This document shows positions 8,901 to 17,081 of a DNA stretch of 20,862 nt, in pieces. Made by a program: the position numbers and the translations under genes. This DNA comes from a bacterium (GTDB lineage Bacteria > Muiribacteriota > UBA6191): the NCBI GenBank assembly GCA_036339875.1, contig JAYZAC010000020.1:1-20862 (forward strand), written 5' to 3'. Position 1 is the first letter of the stretch. Each line of letters opens with the position of its first letter. Below the pieces are notes generated by a model. That model saw nothing but the letters and a program-made list of their open reading frames with translations. It had not been told where the DNA came from and did not search any database.

Positions 8901-10067
8901 TTACTTTCTACGATAACGGCTTATCTCAAGTTTTCTCGAATTAGTTTTTGAATCTATGAAAATTTGTACAGTAATTTTAACTAAGTCTTTACTCTTCTTT
9001 ACAGGCTGAGATTTCTTTTCAGGCTCATCCAACCCCTGATTTCTTTCAAATTTTTTATCTAATTTTGATTCAACAAATTCCAAACGTACAACACGACGAA
9101 AAATCTTGTAAGACTCCGGATAAAATTCATAGGAGAATCCATAGTATTGCTTATAAGCTTTCTTAAATCTAGACATTGCCAAACGAGGTAAATCTTTTTC
9201 AGTTATATAGATATCACTGAAATTCTTTTCAAAATAATTTCTGTCTGTCCTCATTTTGAAAAAGTGACCAGTGTGATTACCGGAGTAAATACCATCATTT
9301 TCATTAGGAGGTTTTGCATAAACATCCCAGTCCGCTTTGAGCTTTTTAAATGGAACCATACGCAACTCTTCCATTTTCTCTTCCATGAGATTAAAAGCCA
9401 TAATATATTCTTTATTTTTTATAACTCGGCCATAGGAACTGAGGAAAATGTTTCCAAAAGGAATTATTACTGCTGCCACTATAACTAGAGTCAAAATAAC
9501 TTCTATATAAGTGAAACCATTTTTATCAGAATTTAACCTATAATATTCGGTTTTCTCTGTACCTTTACAGGCATTAGGATTGAGTATTTGGTCATGTTCT
9601 TTTTTAAGAATATTTCTATCTAAAATCTTATGCTGTAAAGTCCCGTAACAGAAAATCAACAATGCTAAGCTAGCAATTATAGCGATAGAAATCGAATTGA
9701 GCCCAAGTAGAATATAAGCTGATAGTGCAGACACGATAAGGAAGACTTCTATTAAAACATATCTTACACCGAACGGAGTACCGCAATAGCGACATCGCCC
9801 ATTTAATACCACATAACTCAAAACTGGAAATAAATCTTTAGGTCCTAATACATGCTTACACACCGGACAGTGACTTCGTGGAAGAAAAATAGATTCGCCT
9901 CTTGGCACTCTCCATACTGCCATATTTAAAAAACTACCTAACATTCCAGCTAGCAAACTAATCAACGAGAGCTTCGCCCAAGTGGGAGAGAGCGACCATT
10001 GATATGGTAGTTGCTCAAATAAATAAACCTTAATACCCAAACCTAACGTGGCTAGGAATTCATCCAT
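8901..10067 (-). CDS. Fusion of prepilin peptidase (A24/PilD) N-terminal Zn-binding domain to a type IV pilin-like protein
   Basis: GSFLNMAVWRVPRGESIFLPRSHCPVC...PVLSYVVLNGRCRYC...RYVLIE matches the PilD N-domain. An internal class III motif KNG|FTYIEVILTLVIVAAV lies at residues 184/185. No GxGD aspartyl-peptidase domain is present. Confidence 0.8.
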   Translation of the reverse strand: MDEFLATLGLGIKVYLFEQLPYQWSLSPTWAKLSLISLLAGMLGSFLNMAVWRVPRGESIFLPRSHCPVCKHVLGPKDLFPVLSYVVLNGRCRYCGTPFGVRYVLIEVFLIVSALSAYILLGLNSISIAIIASLALLIFCYGTLQHKILDRNILKKEHDQILNPNACKGTEKTEYYRLNSDKNGFTYIEVILTLVIVAAVIIPFGNIFLSSYGRVIKNKEYIMAFNLMEEKMEELRMVPFKKLKADWDVYAKPPNENDGIYSGNHTGHFFKMRTDRNYFEKNFSDIYITEKDLPRLAMSRFKKAYKQYYGFSYEFYPESYKIFRRVVRLEFVESKLDKKFERNQGLDEPEKKSQPVKKSKDLVKITVQIFIDSKTNSRKLEISRYRRK

Positions 10068-10085
10068 TAAAACGCTTCCTAACTA

Positions 10086-11981
10086 TCACGACTGCCATTC
10101 TGATTGCAAAGCTGCTAAATGCTCTGTACTTAGATGGCAATCGAAAAGATCCTTGCCCATAGGCTTTCCATGAAAATATTGCATTACTCGTGCACAAAGT
10201 CTCATATTTTCACCACGTAATCGGTGAAAAATATCCTTAAAAAATATTAACGACTCCTTTGCATCAATTTTCCTCAAGGCCAACATAGCCTCTCCAACTA
10301 ACTCATCATTACGTTCAAAGAGCAAACATATAATCCTAGGAATAGCTCTATCCAAGCGATGCTCACCTAGAACATAAATAGAATAAATTTGTAGTTTGGG
10401 GTCATCAACAAATAATAAATCTAATAGCTGATCTACCTCGTTATCCTCAAGCTTGGCAGGTAATTCAAATGTAGGAATTTTTTCAGCGTAGCTATCTAGT
10501 AAATTTTCAATATGATCGCTATTATCGGAATCAACTACAACAGAGGTGGATATTTCGGCCAAAACTTGTTTCGCACTTCTTGAATCATTACCTTTTAGGT
10601 GATCCACCAATCGTTGAAAATTACTTTGATCCTGCTTAAGAAGTCCTTGAATAACATGATTCCGAACATTTTGAGCCTCATCCAATAATCCTTGTACAAG
10701 TAATTCAACAACCTCGCTACTGCCAATTTCACCAAGTGCAAACGCAGCGGAAGCTCGCAATGAAGATGAATCAGATACCAACGCCTGCTGAAGATGTCCA
10801 AGAACTTTTGACTCGCCGAGTCGAAAGACGGCCACTGCTGCATTTGCCATAATTCGGTTATTACTATTTTCTAAATATGGCTGGAGAATTTGAGTCAGTC
10901 TACGATCACCTATTTTACCAAGAACTTCAATGCAATTAGCCACTACACGCTGATCTTTATGTTTCAAGAACTCCTCTATTTTCTGGATAGATTCTTCAGA
11001 AGGAAATTTTTCAAAACAATGAATCAACCTTGAAAGAAGATGAGAGTTTAATTCCGCCTCCACTGCCCTAATTAATAAATCCTGTGAACCATCTTTGTGA
11101 GTATAATAGCCAAGACCTTCAACCGATATCCTTCGCAATGATTCATCTTCATGGAATAAGTAGGTTTTAAGTAATTCATAACCTTCTGATAAACCTAATT
11201 TATAGAGTATTTTTAATATAAAAGAGGCAATGTAAGCTTCTTCCTGATCCAGCATTTTGAGTAGCAGCCCTTTTTGCTCGTCCGTTACCGATTCTAGATG
11301 ATCAGCAAAAAATAAAAACGTGTAAATTTTGACCAAGTCATCTCCCATTGAGAGATTATCGAATAGGATCGGTATTGCTCTATCCTTAAATACTTTCAAA
11401 ACTCGATTAGCAATCGAATGTACTTGATAATTTTCAGAATAAAGAGCGTAAACAACATCTTCGAGTAATTCATCAAGTTTCAGTTCACCGACAACCCAAA
11501 TTGCTGAAGCTTTACGCTGATTATCTGTTCCCTTCAACATTAATTTTAACAAGGGAAGAAAATTGCTATCTCCATGCTCTAAAACCTCTTTTAGAGCTGT
11601 TGAGGCAACTCTATTATTTTCATCTTGCACAAAATAACTGACTCGTTGCAGAACCTCCTGTTTATCGCGCACCTTCAGCTTGATTATCGATTCAATAGCA
11701 TTTGCCCTTATCCTAGGTTCCGCAAAATGCAAATACTTATCAATTGGGTCTAAAAGATTTGGCGTACCAATCTCACCCAAAATTCTAATTAAGGATGCTT
11801 TAATAAAAATATCTTTTTCTAACTCAAGCTTATCTAACAAAAGATTTGTGCAGCGACGATTTGCAACCCTAGATATCGCTTCTACAGTCTGAACTCGTAT
11901 TGATCTAGAAGGATGTGAAAGATTTTTTGCTAGCTCGAAAAATAAATCATATTGTTGAGATTCAGTGAGTTCAAATGGCAC
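10086..11981 (-). CDS. HEAT/PBS-lyase-like repeat protein
   Basis: Repeated helical units: PRIRANAIESI, NRVASTAL, RKASAIWVVGEL, QRVVANCIEVLGKIG, NRIMANAAVAV, LRASAAFALGEIG. Confidence 0.88.
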   Translation of the reverse strand: MPFELTESQQYDLFFELAKNLSHPSRSIRVQTVEAISRVANRRCTNLLLDKLELEKDIFIKASLIRILGEIGTPNLLDPIDKYLHFAEPRIRANAIESIIKLKVRDKQEVLQRVSYFVQDENNRVASTALKEVLEHGDSNFLPLLKLMLKGTDNQRKASAIWVVGELKLDELLEDVVYALYSENYQVHSIANRVLKVFKDRAIPILFDNLSMGDDLVKIYTFLFFADHLESVTDEQKGLLLKMLDQEEAYIASFILKILYKLGLSEGYELLKTYLFHEDESLRRISVEGLGYYTHKDGSQDLLIRAVEAELNSHLLSRLIHCFEKFPSEESIQKIEEFLKHKDQRVVANCIEVLGKIGDRRLTQILQPYLENSNNRIMANAAVAVFRLGESKVLGHLQQALVSDSSSLRASAAFALGEIGSSEVVELLVQGLLDEAQNVRNHVIQGLLKQDQSNFQRLVDHLKGNDSRSAKQVLAEISTSVVVDSDNSDHIENLLDSYAEKIPTFELPAKLEDNEVDQLLDLLFVDDPKLQIYSIYVLGEHRLDRAIPRIICLLFERNDELVGEAMLALRKIDAKESLIFFKDIFHRLRGENMRLCARVMQYFHGKPMGKDLFDCHLSTEHLAALQSEWQS

Positions 11982-12945
11982 GAGAAGATTCCTTCCATCC
12001 GTTGAATTTATGTACTTTGATCAAATCACCGGTAGCTCTGACAAAAATTGGCTCACAAGAAGTTGCATAAATTTCAGAATCTAGTTCACAAAGAGTTACT
12101 TCATCAATAAAAATTTCATTCCATCCTGCAGCTTGTACTAAAGATTCAGCCACACCAGTCTTACGACCTGCCGTTCTCAATACTTGATAGTCATAACCCA
12201 TGTTACCAACCAAAAATTCACCTAATACCATGCTAGCCCCAATACGTACAGACTTTGAAAACCATTCACCATCCATTAATTTTAGTTCTTGTATCAGCCT
12301 ATCCAGTTGACGCATAACATATCTACAATTTACTCCTTCATGTACCATAAAGTTTATAACTATACGATCATCAGAAACTTCTTCTATAAAAGCTTTGCCA
12401 TCATCCATGACTCTTGTGATTGTACTTATGATATTACTTTTTAACTCACACACCTCCTCGTCTTTGATTCCAGCAAAGAGGTTATTTTCATTTTTAATCA
12501 TGAGGCGAACTTGAATTACTGGCTCTTTTTTCCATTCAAACTCTATTTCAGGGGCGTTTAAAATTTTCTTGAAATAAGCTTTGCTAAAAAAACGGGCAAA
12601 CATTCTCTCTACACGATTAATTTCAACCTGAAATAAAGCAACAAAAACAATGGTCAATAATCCAGTCACATTCAGGAAAACCACACTCAGATCATTTCTA
12701 TTCAATAAGCTGAAAACTTGAAAAAAACTATAGATAAAAGCAACAGCAATTAATGCTGCCATAACATAGAAAATAAATCTGCTTGGCCGTTTTAGGCGTT
12801 TGGTAGACTTAACTGTTTTCTCACGGGCAAGCATAATAAGGAATTCGCCTGCATCATGAGGAATCTCTCCCAAATGAACTTTTTGACTGATTCTTTCAAC
12901 TTCCTGAAGATAAGCGTCTTCCAATTGACGGGTATTCATAGACAT
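11971..12945 (-). CDS. Two-TM membrane protein with degenerate class III adenylate/guanylate cyclase-like domain
   Basis: Two TM helices, then ERMFARFFSK (cf. F.RYV.P), FIEEVSDDRIVINF (cf. DKYIGDAIMAVF), VRIGASMVLGEFLVGNMG (cf. IGIGIHTGEVVVGNIG) and AAGWNEIFIDEVT (cf. A..GEILISE.T). Confidence 0.7.
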   Translation of the reverse strand: MSMNTRQLEDAYLQEVERISQKVHLGEIPHDAGEFLIMLAREKTVKSTKRLKRPSRFIFYVMAALIAVAFIYSFFQVFSLLNRNDLSVVFLNVTGLLTIVFVALFQVEINRVERMFARFFSKAYFKKILNAPEIEFEWKKEPVIQVRLMIKNENNLFAGIKDEEVCELKSNIISTITRVMDDGKAFIEEVSDDRIVINFMVHEGVNCRYVMRQLDRLIQELKLMDGEWFSKSVRIGASMVLGEFLVGNMGYDYQVLRTAGRKTGVAESLVQAAGWNEIFIDEVTLCELDSEIYATSCEPIFVRATGDLIKVHKFNGWKESSRAI

Positions 12946-12997
12946 TGCTGCTCACTTCCCGAGGTATTTAATCGTAGCTTTGTACCTCAGTGCGAAG

Positions 12998-13026
12998 ATT
13001 TTAGCACGGTGCACAAAAGCCTTCAA
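12998..13026 (-). promoter_or_regulatory. Putative sigma70-type internal promoter upstream of the cyclase-like gene
   Basis: Minus strand: TTGAAG (13026-13021), 17-nt spacer, then TAAAAT (13003-12998) with an extended -10 TG. It lies in the 83-bp gap after coaD. Confidence 0.55.
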
Positions 13027-13028
13027 AG

Positions 13029-13529
13029 TTAGCAAAATTTAGCTTTGACCTTATCCGCTACAAAATCGGAAACCATACCTGTTACATCGCGGTATCTCAA
13101 AACATCTTTTACAAGAGAAGAAGATACGTGAGCTAACCCACCATCAGTACGAATAAAAACAGTTTCCAATTGCGGATTCAAATGCTTATTCATCGCCGCC
13201 ATCTGAAACTCGAACTCAAAATCCGCATTAGTACGCAATCCACGCAAGATACCTAAGGCTCCAATTTTACAGGCATATTCTGCGGTAAGACCTTCATATA
13301 AATCCACACGCATATTTTGTCTTTCGGACTCACTGAAATAGGACAAAAACATTTCGCGTCTTTCCTCTGCAGTAAACATATATGACTTAGTACCACTCTC
13401 AATATGAATACCAATCACTAACAATTCACATAATTTTAACCCACGTAACGCAATATCATGGTGACCAGAAGTTGGAGGATCAAAACTTCCAGGATAAAGT
13501 AATACTCTTTGTTGACTAATATTATTCAT
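13029..13529 (-). CDS. coaD: Pantetheine-phosphate adenylyltransferase
   Basis: YPGSFDPPTSGHHDI, ILRGLR...DFEFEFQMAAMN, ETVF, VSSSLVKDV. Confidence 0.96.
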   Translation of the reverse strand: MNNISQQRVLLYPGSFDPPTSGHHDIALRGLKLCELLVIGIHIESGTKSYMFTAEERREMFLSYFSESERQNMRVDLYEGLTAEYACKIGALGILRGLRTNADFEFEFQMAAMNKHLNPQLETVFIRTDGGLAHVSSSLVKDVLRYRDVTGMVSDFVADKVKAKFC

Positions 13530-14713
13530 TAATTTGATTTCCCAATCTCCAAACCTCTTTGCTCAAGTAAAAATCTCTGATTTTCCTCTTCAATGAAGTT
13601 ACTAAAATATACAATCGGATTCTCTGCAGTTTCATTAACTCGATGAATCTCACGCATATACTCCTTAGCTAAAAAGGCCTTCGTAGTACCTGGTACCAAC
13701 CAACTTACCGCCTCAAAAAATGGATAAGCCTCTCCATATGACTTTTTAACAATAAACAACTTTTGAGCATGTTTTATAAATGGATCTACGGCATTTCGAG
13801 CTAATTTACCGAATAACTTGGCATCGAGATTAGGCTTTTCTCTTAAAACAGCTAGAGCATCGTAAAAGTTTTGTGAAGCTTGCATATAATCCTCTAACTC
13901 CAAATGCTTCAAGCCTGTGAAATAATAAAGATTCATTAGAAAAACTAGAGCTGTATCTGCCTCTGGACTACTTCTATTCAAACGAATAATCTTTTCCAGA
14001 TATGGTTTACAATTTTTGAAATCCTGCTCGAAATAGTAGGTTCGAGCTATAGTCATATACTTATTAAGTAAATGCTCACGTACTGACTTAGCTAAGATAC
14101 CGGATGGCTGCAATTCAACAAACTTTTCAAGATTTTTAATTCCGTGCTGCAATTCACGAATTCTGAAATATAGAAAACCTAACTCATAATATGAAAGCTG
14201 AAACTTTTGATTATAAAAAATTGATTTTTCCAATGATTCAATAGCTTCACGAATTTTTTCTCCTTTAATAGCCTTCATACCTCGCTTGAAGTAATAAGTT
14301 GAAAGTTTTTCTTTCATTTGGACTTTTTGATTTTGACTCAAAGCCTTATTCGCTAAAGATTTTTCGAGAAATTTCGCCTCATCATCAGGTGACTTAAAGC
14401 CACGAGTACCATTTTCCTCACTCATTAGTTGCTGTGTATCACCCCTAAGAAGGGTCTGTATACCCTGTAAACGCTCCTCAACACCACCAATATGCCCTGC
14501 CTTTCTCATAGCCTGTAATTCTTTTAATCGCTTACTGACCCCTGGATAGCCGGGGTCCATCCTTACTAGCTTTTTAAGGGCCACTTCCTCTAATACTAAG
14601 TTTCCATCTTGACGATGTGATTCAGCTAACTGCCAAAGGAAACCAGATTGATTAGCTTCCAGGGAAGAAATCGCTGCGAATACAATTAGTACAACAAAAC
14701 TTAATTTTTTCAT
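13529..14713 (-). CDS. Exported tetratricopeptide-repeat protein
   Basis: Signal peptide MKKLSFVVLIVFAAISSLEA. TPR-like units such as YYFKRG...EAIESLEKSI and SYYELGFLY...LEKFVELQP. The stop overlaps the coaD start. Confidence 0.78.
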   Translation of the reverse strand: MKKLSFVVLIVFAAISSLEANQSGFLWQLAESHRQDGNLVLEEVALKKLVRMDPGYPGVSKRLKELQAMRKAGHIGGVEERLQGIQTLLRGDTQQLMSEENGTRGFKSPDDEAKFLEKSLANKALSQNQKVQMKEKLSTYYFKRGMKAIKGEKIREAIESLEKSIFYNQKFQLSYYELGFLYFRIRELQHGIKNLEKFVELQPSGILAKSVREHLLNKYMTIARTYYFEQDFKNCKPYLEKIIRLNRSSPEADTALVFLMNLYYFTGLKHLELEDYMQASQNFYDALAVLREKPNLDAKLFGKLARNAVDPFIKHAQKLFIVKKSYGEAYPFFEAVSWLVPGTTKAFLAKEYMREIHRVNETAENPIVYFSNFIEEENQRFLLEQRGLEIGKSN

Positions 14714-14715
14714 TT

Positions 14716-16110
14716 TTATTTTAGAGGAGGCAGTAGATCATCATAATTTGTGGTCAAATTCTCCTCATCATCTACATCCTTATTCAGAGATGGAATCAAA
14801 TCTTCTGCACTTGCATCTGATGACATTTTAGGTAAAAGATCATCATATTCTGTTGTACTTACATCTAAAGGTGGCAATAGATCATCATATTCGTTTGATT
14901 CAGTACCATGAACGTTATCGAGAGGGGGCAACAGATCATCATAATCAATATTCTGATCTGAGTTATCCACTTGTAGCTCTAATAAACTATCTGAATTCTC
15001 AGGAGGAAGTAAATCTTTATAATCATCCTCAGAATTCAGTGTAGAGTCAGAGATCGAAGATGGCAGTAGATCATCAAAGTTATCTATCACATTCGAATTC
15101 GTTGAATCTAATGGAGGAAGTAAGCTATCGAAGGAATCCATATCCTCCCTATCTGACTTTGACGCATTCAACGGAGGCAGTAAATCATCATAAGACTCCG
15201 AAATACTATCTTGTGAAGAATTTAAGCTAGGTAACAGGTCATCATATGAATCCGAAATATTATCTTGTGGCGAATTTAAGCTAGGTAAAAGGTCGTCATA
15301 TGAATCCGAAATAGTATCTTGCGACGAATTTAAGCTAGGTAAAAGGTCATCGTATGAATCATTATCTTCATATTCGTCAATTTTTTCAGACTGTTTATTT
15401 AATGGCAACAGGTCATCGATAATTTCGGCTTCATTCAAAGAACTCTTTTCTTCCTCAAGAAGATTCTGATTATTGAAAGATTCAGATGAAGAACTTGAAT
15501 CTTCAGAGTTCATTCCTCCGGAATCACTCTCATCAAATCCGAAGCTTTGAGAGGGTAGGTTTTGAACTAATTCAGAACTTTTTTCCAAATTGCTACTATT
15601 AAAATCTTGCTCATTTGTAACGCTTTTAGTGACAGTATCAGTCGAAGTCAATGAGCTATCAATTAACTTAGAAGATGAATCATATTGATTACTATCCGAA
15701 TCACTACCTTGTGCATTTTCAAGCTCTTTCTCTGGTTCCTGAGATCTATGAGACGACAATGCAGTAGATAAATCTCCAATTTCCACAGGTTCTTGACCGT
15801 AGTCATTTTCGACTGCAAAACTCTTAAATTTCACTGAATCTTCACTAAGCTTCTCTTGTTTCTCTAAAGCCTTTTGAATTTCTACAGGCATCACTCCGGA
15901 ATCTTGATATTCTTTAATGTTATTAATTGCCTTCTCAATGAAGAATTTTTCAAATGAAATCGCATTAGCATGTGATTCCTCAAGAACTCTTAAGGCATCT
16001 GAATTGAGCATTAGCTCGAGACTTCGAATAGCTACCAGTCTTGCTGAGGTCTCAGCCTCCGCGAGAACTCGTTTAATAATTCCTATATCTTTTAACCATC
16101 GGATTGCCAT
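14716..16110 (-). CDS. Acidic low-complexity protein with N-terminal HEAT-like helices and C-terminal (Y/F)DDLLPxL repeats
   Basis: Long open frame coupled to both neighbours. D/E/S/N-rich, with about 13 DDLLP-like motifs. Confidence 0.75.
   Translation of the reverse strand: MAIRWLKDIGIIKRVLAEAETSARLVAIRSLELMLNSDALRVLEESHANAISFEKFFIEKAINNIKEYQDSGVMPVEIQKALEKQEKLSEDSVKFKSFAVENDYGQEPVEIGDLSTALSSHRSQEPEKELENAQGSDSDSNQYDSSSKLIDSSLTSTDTVTKSVTNEQDFNSSNLEKSSELVQNLPSQSFGFDESDSGGMNSEDSSSSSESFNNQNLLEEEKSSLNEAEIIDDLLPLNKQSEKIDEYEDNDSYDDLLPSLNSSQDTISDSYDDLLPSLNSPQDNISDSYDDLLPSLNSSQDSISESYDDLLPPLNASKSDREDMDSFDSLLPPLDSTNSNVIDNFDDLLPSSISDSTLNSEDDYKDLLPPENSDSLLELQVDNSDQNIDYDDLLPPLDNVHGTESNEYDDLLPPLDVSTTEYDDLLPKMSSDASAEDLIPSLNKDVDDEENLTTNYDDLLPPLK
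15170..15360. repeat. 54-bp in-frame tandem repeat (about 3.5 units; SYDDLLPSLNSSQDTISD)
   Basis: TTTAAGCTAGGTAA recurs at 15221, 15275 and 15329, an exact 54-nt period. Confidence 0.9.
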
Positions 16111-17081
16111 AAACTCCTACGATGAATCAACTGGCGAATAACCTCCGCGCAGCCATTATCCTTATCACATTGCAGTAGTGAAGCACTACCAGGAAGTGCA
16201 TTCACTTTCTCCTGTAGCAAACTCTCTAAAGTATTATCGTCAAATACCAGGAATACTTTGGCTTTTTCATGAAAATCATACAATCTTGATACTTGTATCG
16301 ACAAATTTGTATGAACTTTCTCCGAAACATATATAAAGAAGGCGTCCACAGGTGGATCACTTTCAACTTGAAAACATTTGGTCCAATCACCTAATGCTAT
16401 ATGCTGGATTCTATACAAATCTGATAAGGAGGAAAAGTCTTCTAAACCGACTTTTTCCATCCACAAAGTTACAAATTTCTTCGAGATTTTTTTCTCTATC
16501 TCTTTTTGTACTTTCGCTAATGAAACCTGACGACGGTTTAAATATTTTGTTTGGATACGACTATAGTTATCGTAAATATCAAGCACTTGATAATCCCGTG
16601 GTCTGAAAGAAGAACTTATTAATATGTTAAGTAATTTCAGATAAAGTTTATCTCGCTTTTCTTTAAGTTCTACAATATTTTCAGTAGTTAATTTAAGACT
16701 CGAGATCGACTCTAATTCTATATTACTCAGACTTGACTCCATCTCCAAATCTTTTGCTTCATTACGCAAATAAGCTTTAATCCTACTTCTATAAACTGAA
16801 TCCTCATTTTTTCGTAAAATAGAAAAATAGAAGTCAAAGGCCCTCTGATTTTCACCGACTAATCGATAGGAGTTACCTAATTTAAATAAAATTCTTTCCT
16901 CACTAAAGGTAGTTTTGTTATCTGCCAGTGCTTTGGTATAAAAAACTATAGCTCCTCTAAAATCTTTTTTTGCAAATCGCTCGTCCCCGCTAGTTTCATC
17001 ATGAGACGGACTGAGTAAAAAAATATACAAAAATAGGACGGACAGTAGAATCGTAAAAACGAAACCGAAGACCTTCTTCAT
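16092..17081 (-). CDS. Membrane-anchored TPR protein
   Basis: N-terminal TM, then GDERFAKKDFRGAIVFYTKAL and ILFKLGNSYRLVGENQRAFDFY (TPR-like). Has a C-terminal alpha/beta domain. Confidence 0.7.
   Translation of the reverse strand: MKKVFGFVFTILLSVLFLYIFLLSPSHDETSGDERFAKKDFRGAIVFYTKALADNKTTFSEERILFKLGNSYRLVGENQRAFDFYFSILRKNEDSVYRSRIKAYLRNEAKDLEMESSLSNIELESISSLKLTTENIVELKEKRDKLYLKLLNILISSSFRPRDYQVLDIYDNYSRIQTKYLNRRQVSLAKVQKEIEKKISKKFVTLWMEKVGLEDFSSLSDLYRIQHIALGDWTKCFQVESDPPVDAFFIYVSEKVHTNLSIQVSRLYDFHEKAKVFLVFDDNTLESLLQEKVNALPGSASLLQCDKDNGCAEVIRQLIHRRSLWQSDG

Noticed and set aside
8901..10067. Annotation as a functional prepilin peptidase (pilD)
   Set aside because: The catalytic aspartyl (GxGD) domain is absent; only the N-terminal Zn-binding domain is present.
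15170..15360. Regularly spaced direct repeats as a possible CRISPR array
   Set aside because: The units are contiguous 54-nt in-frame coding repeats with no unique spacers, and no cas genes are present.
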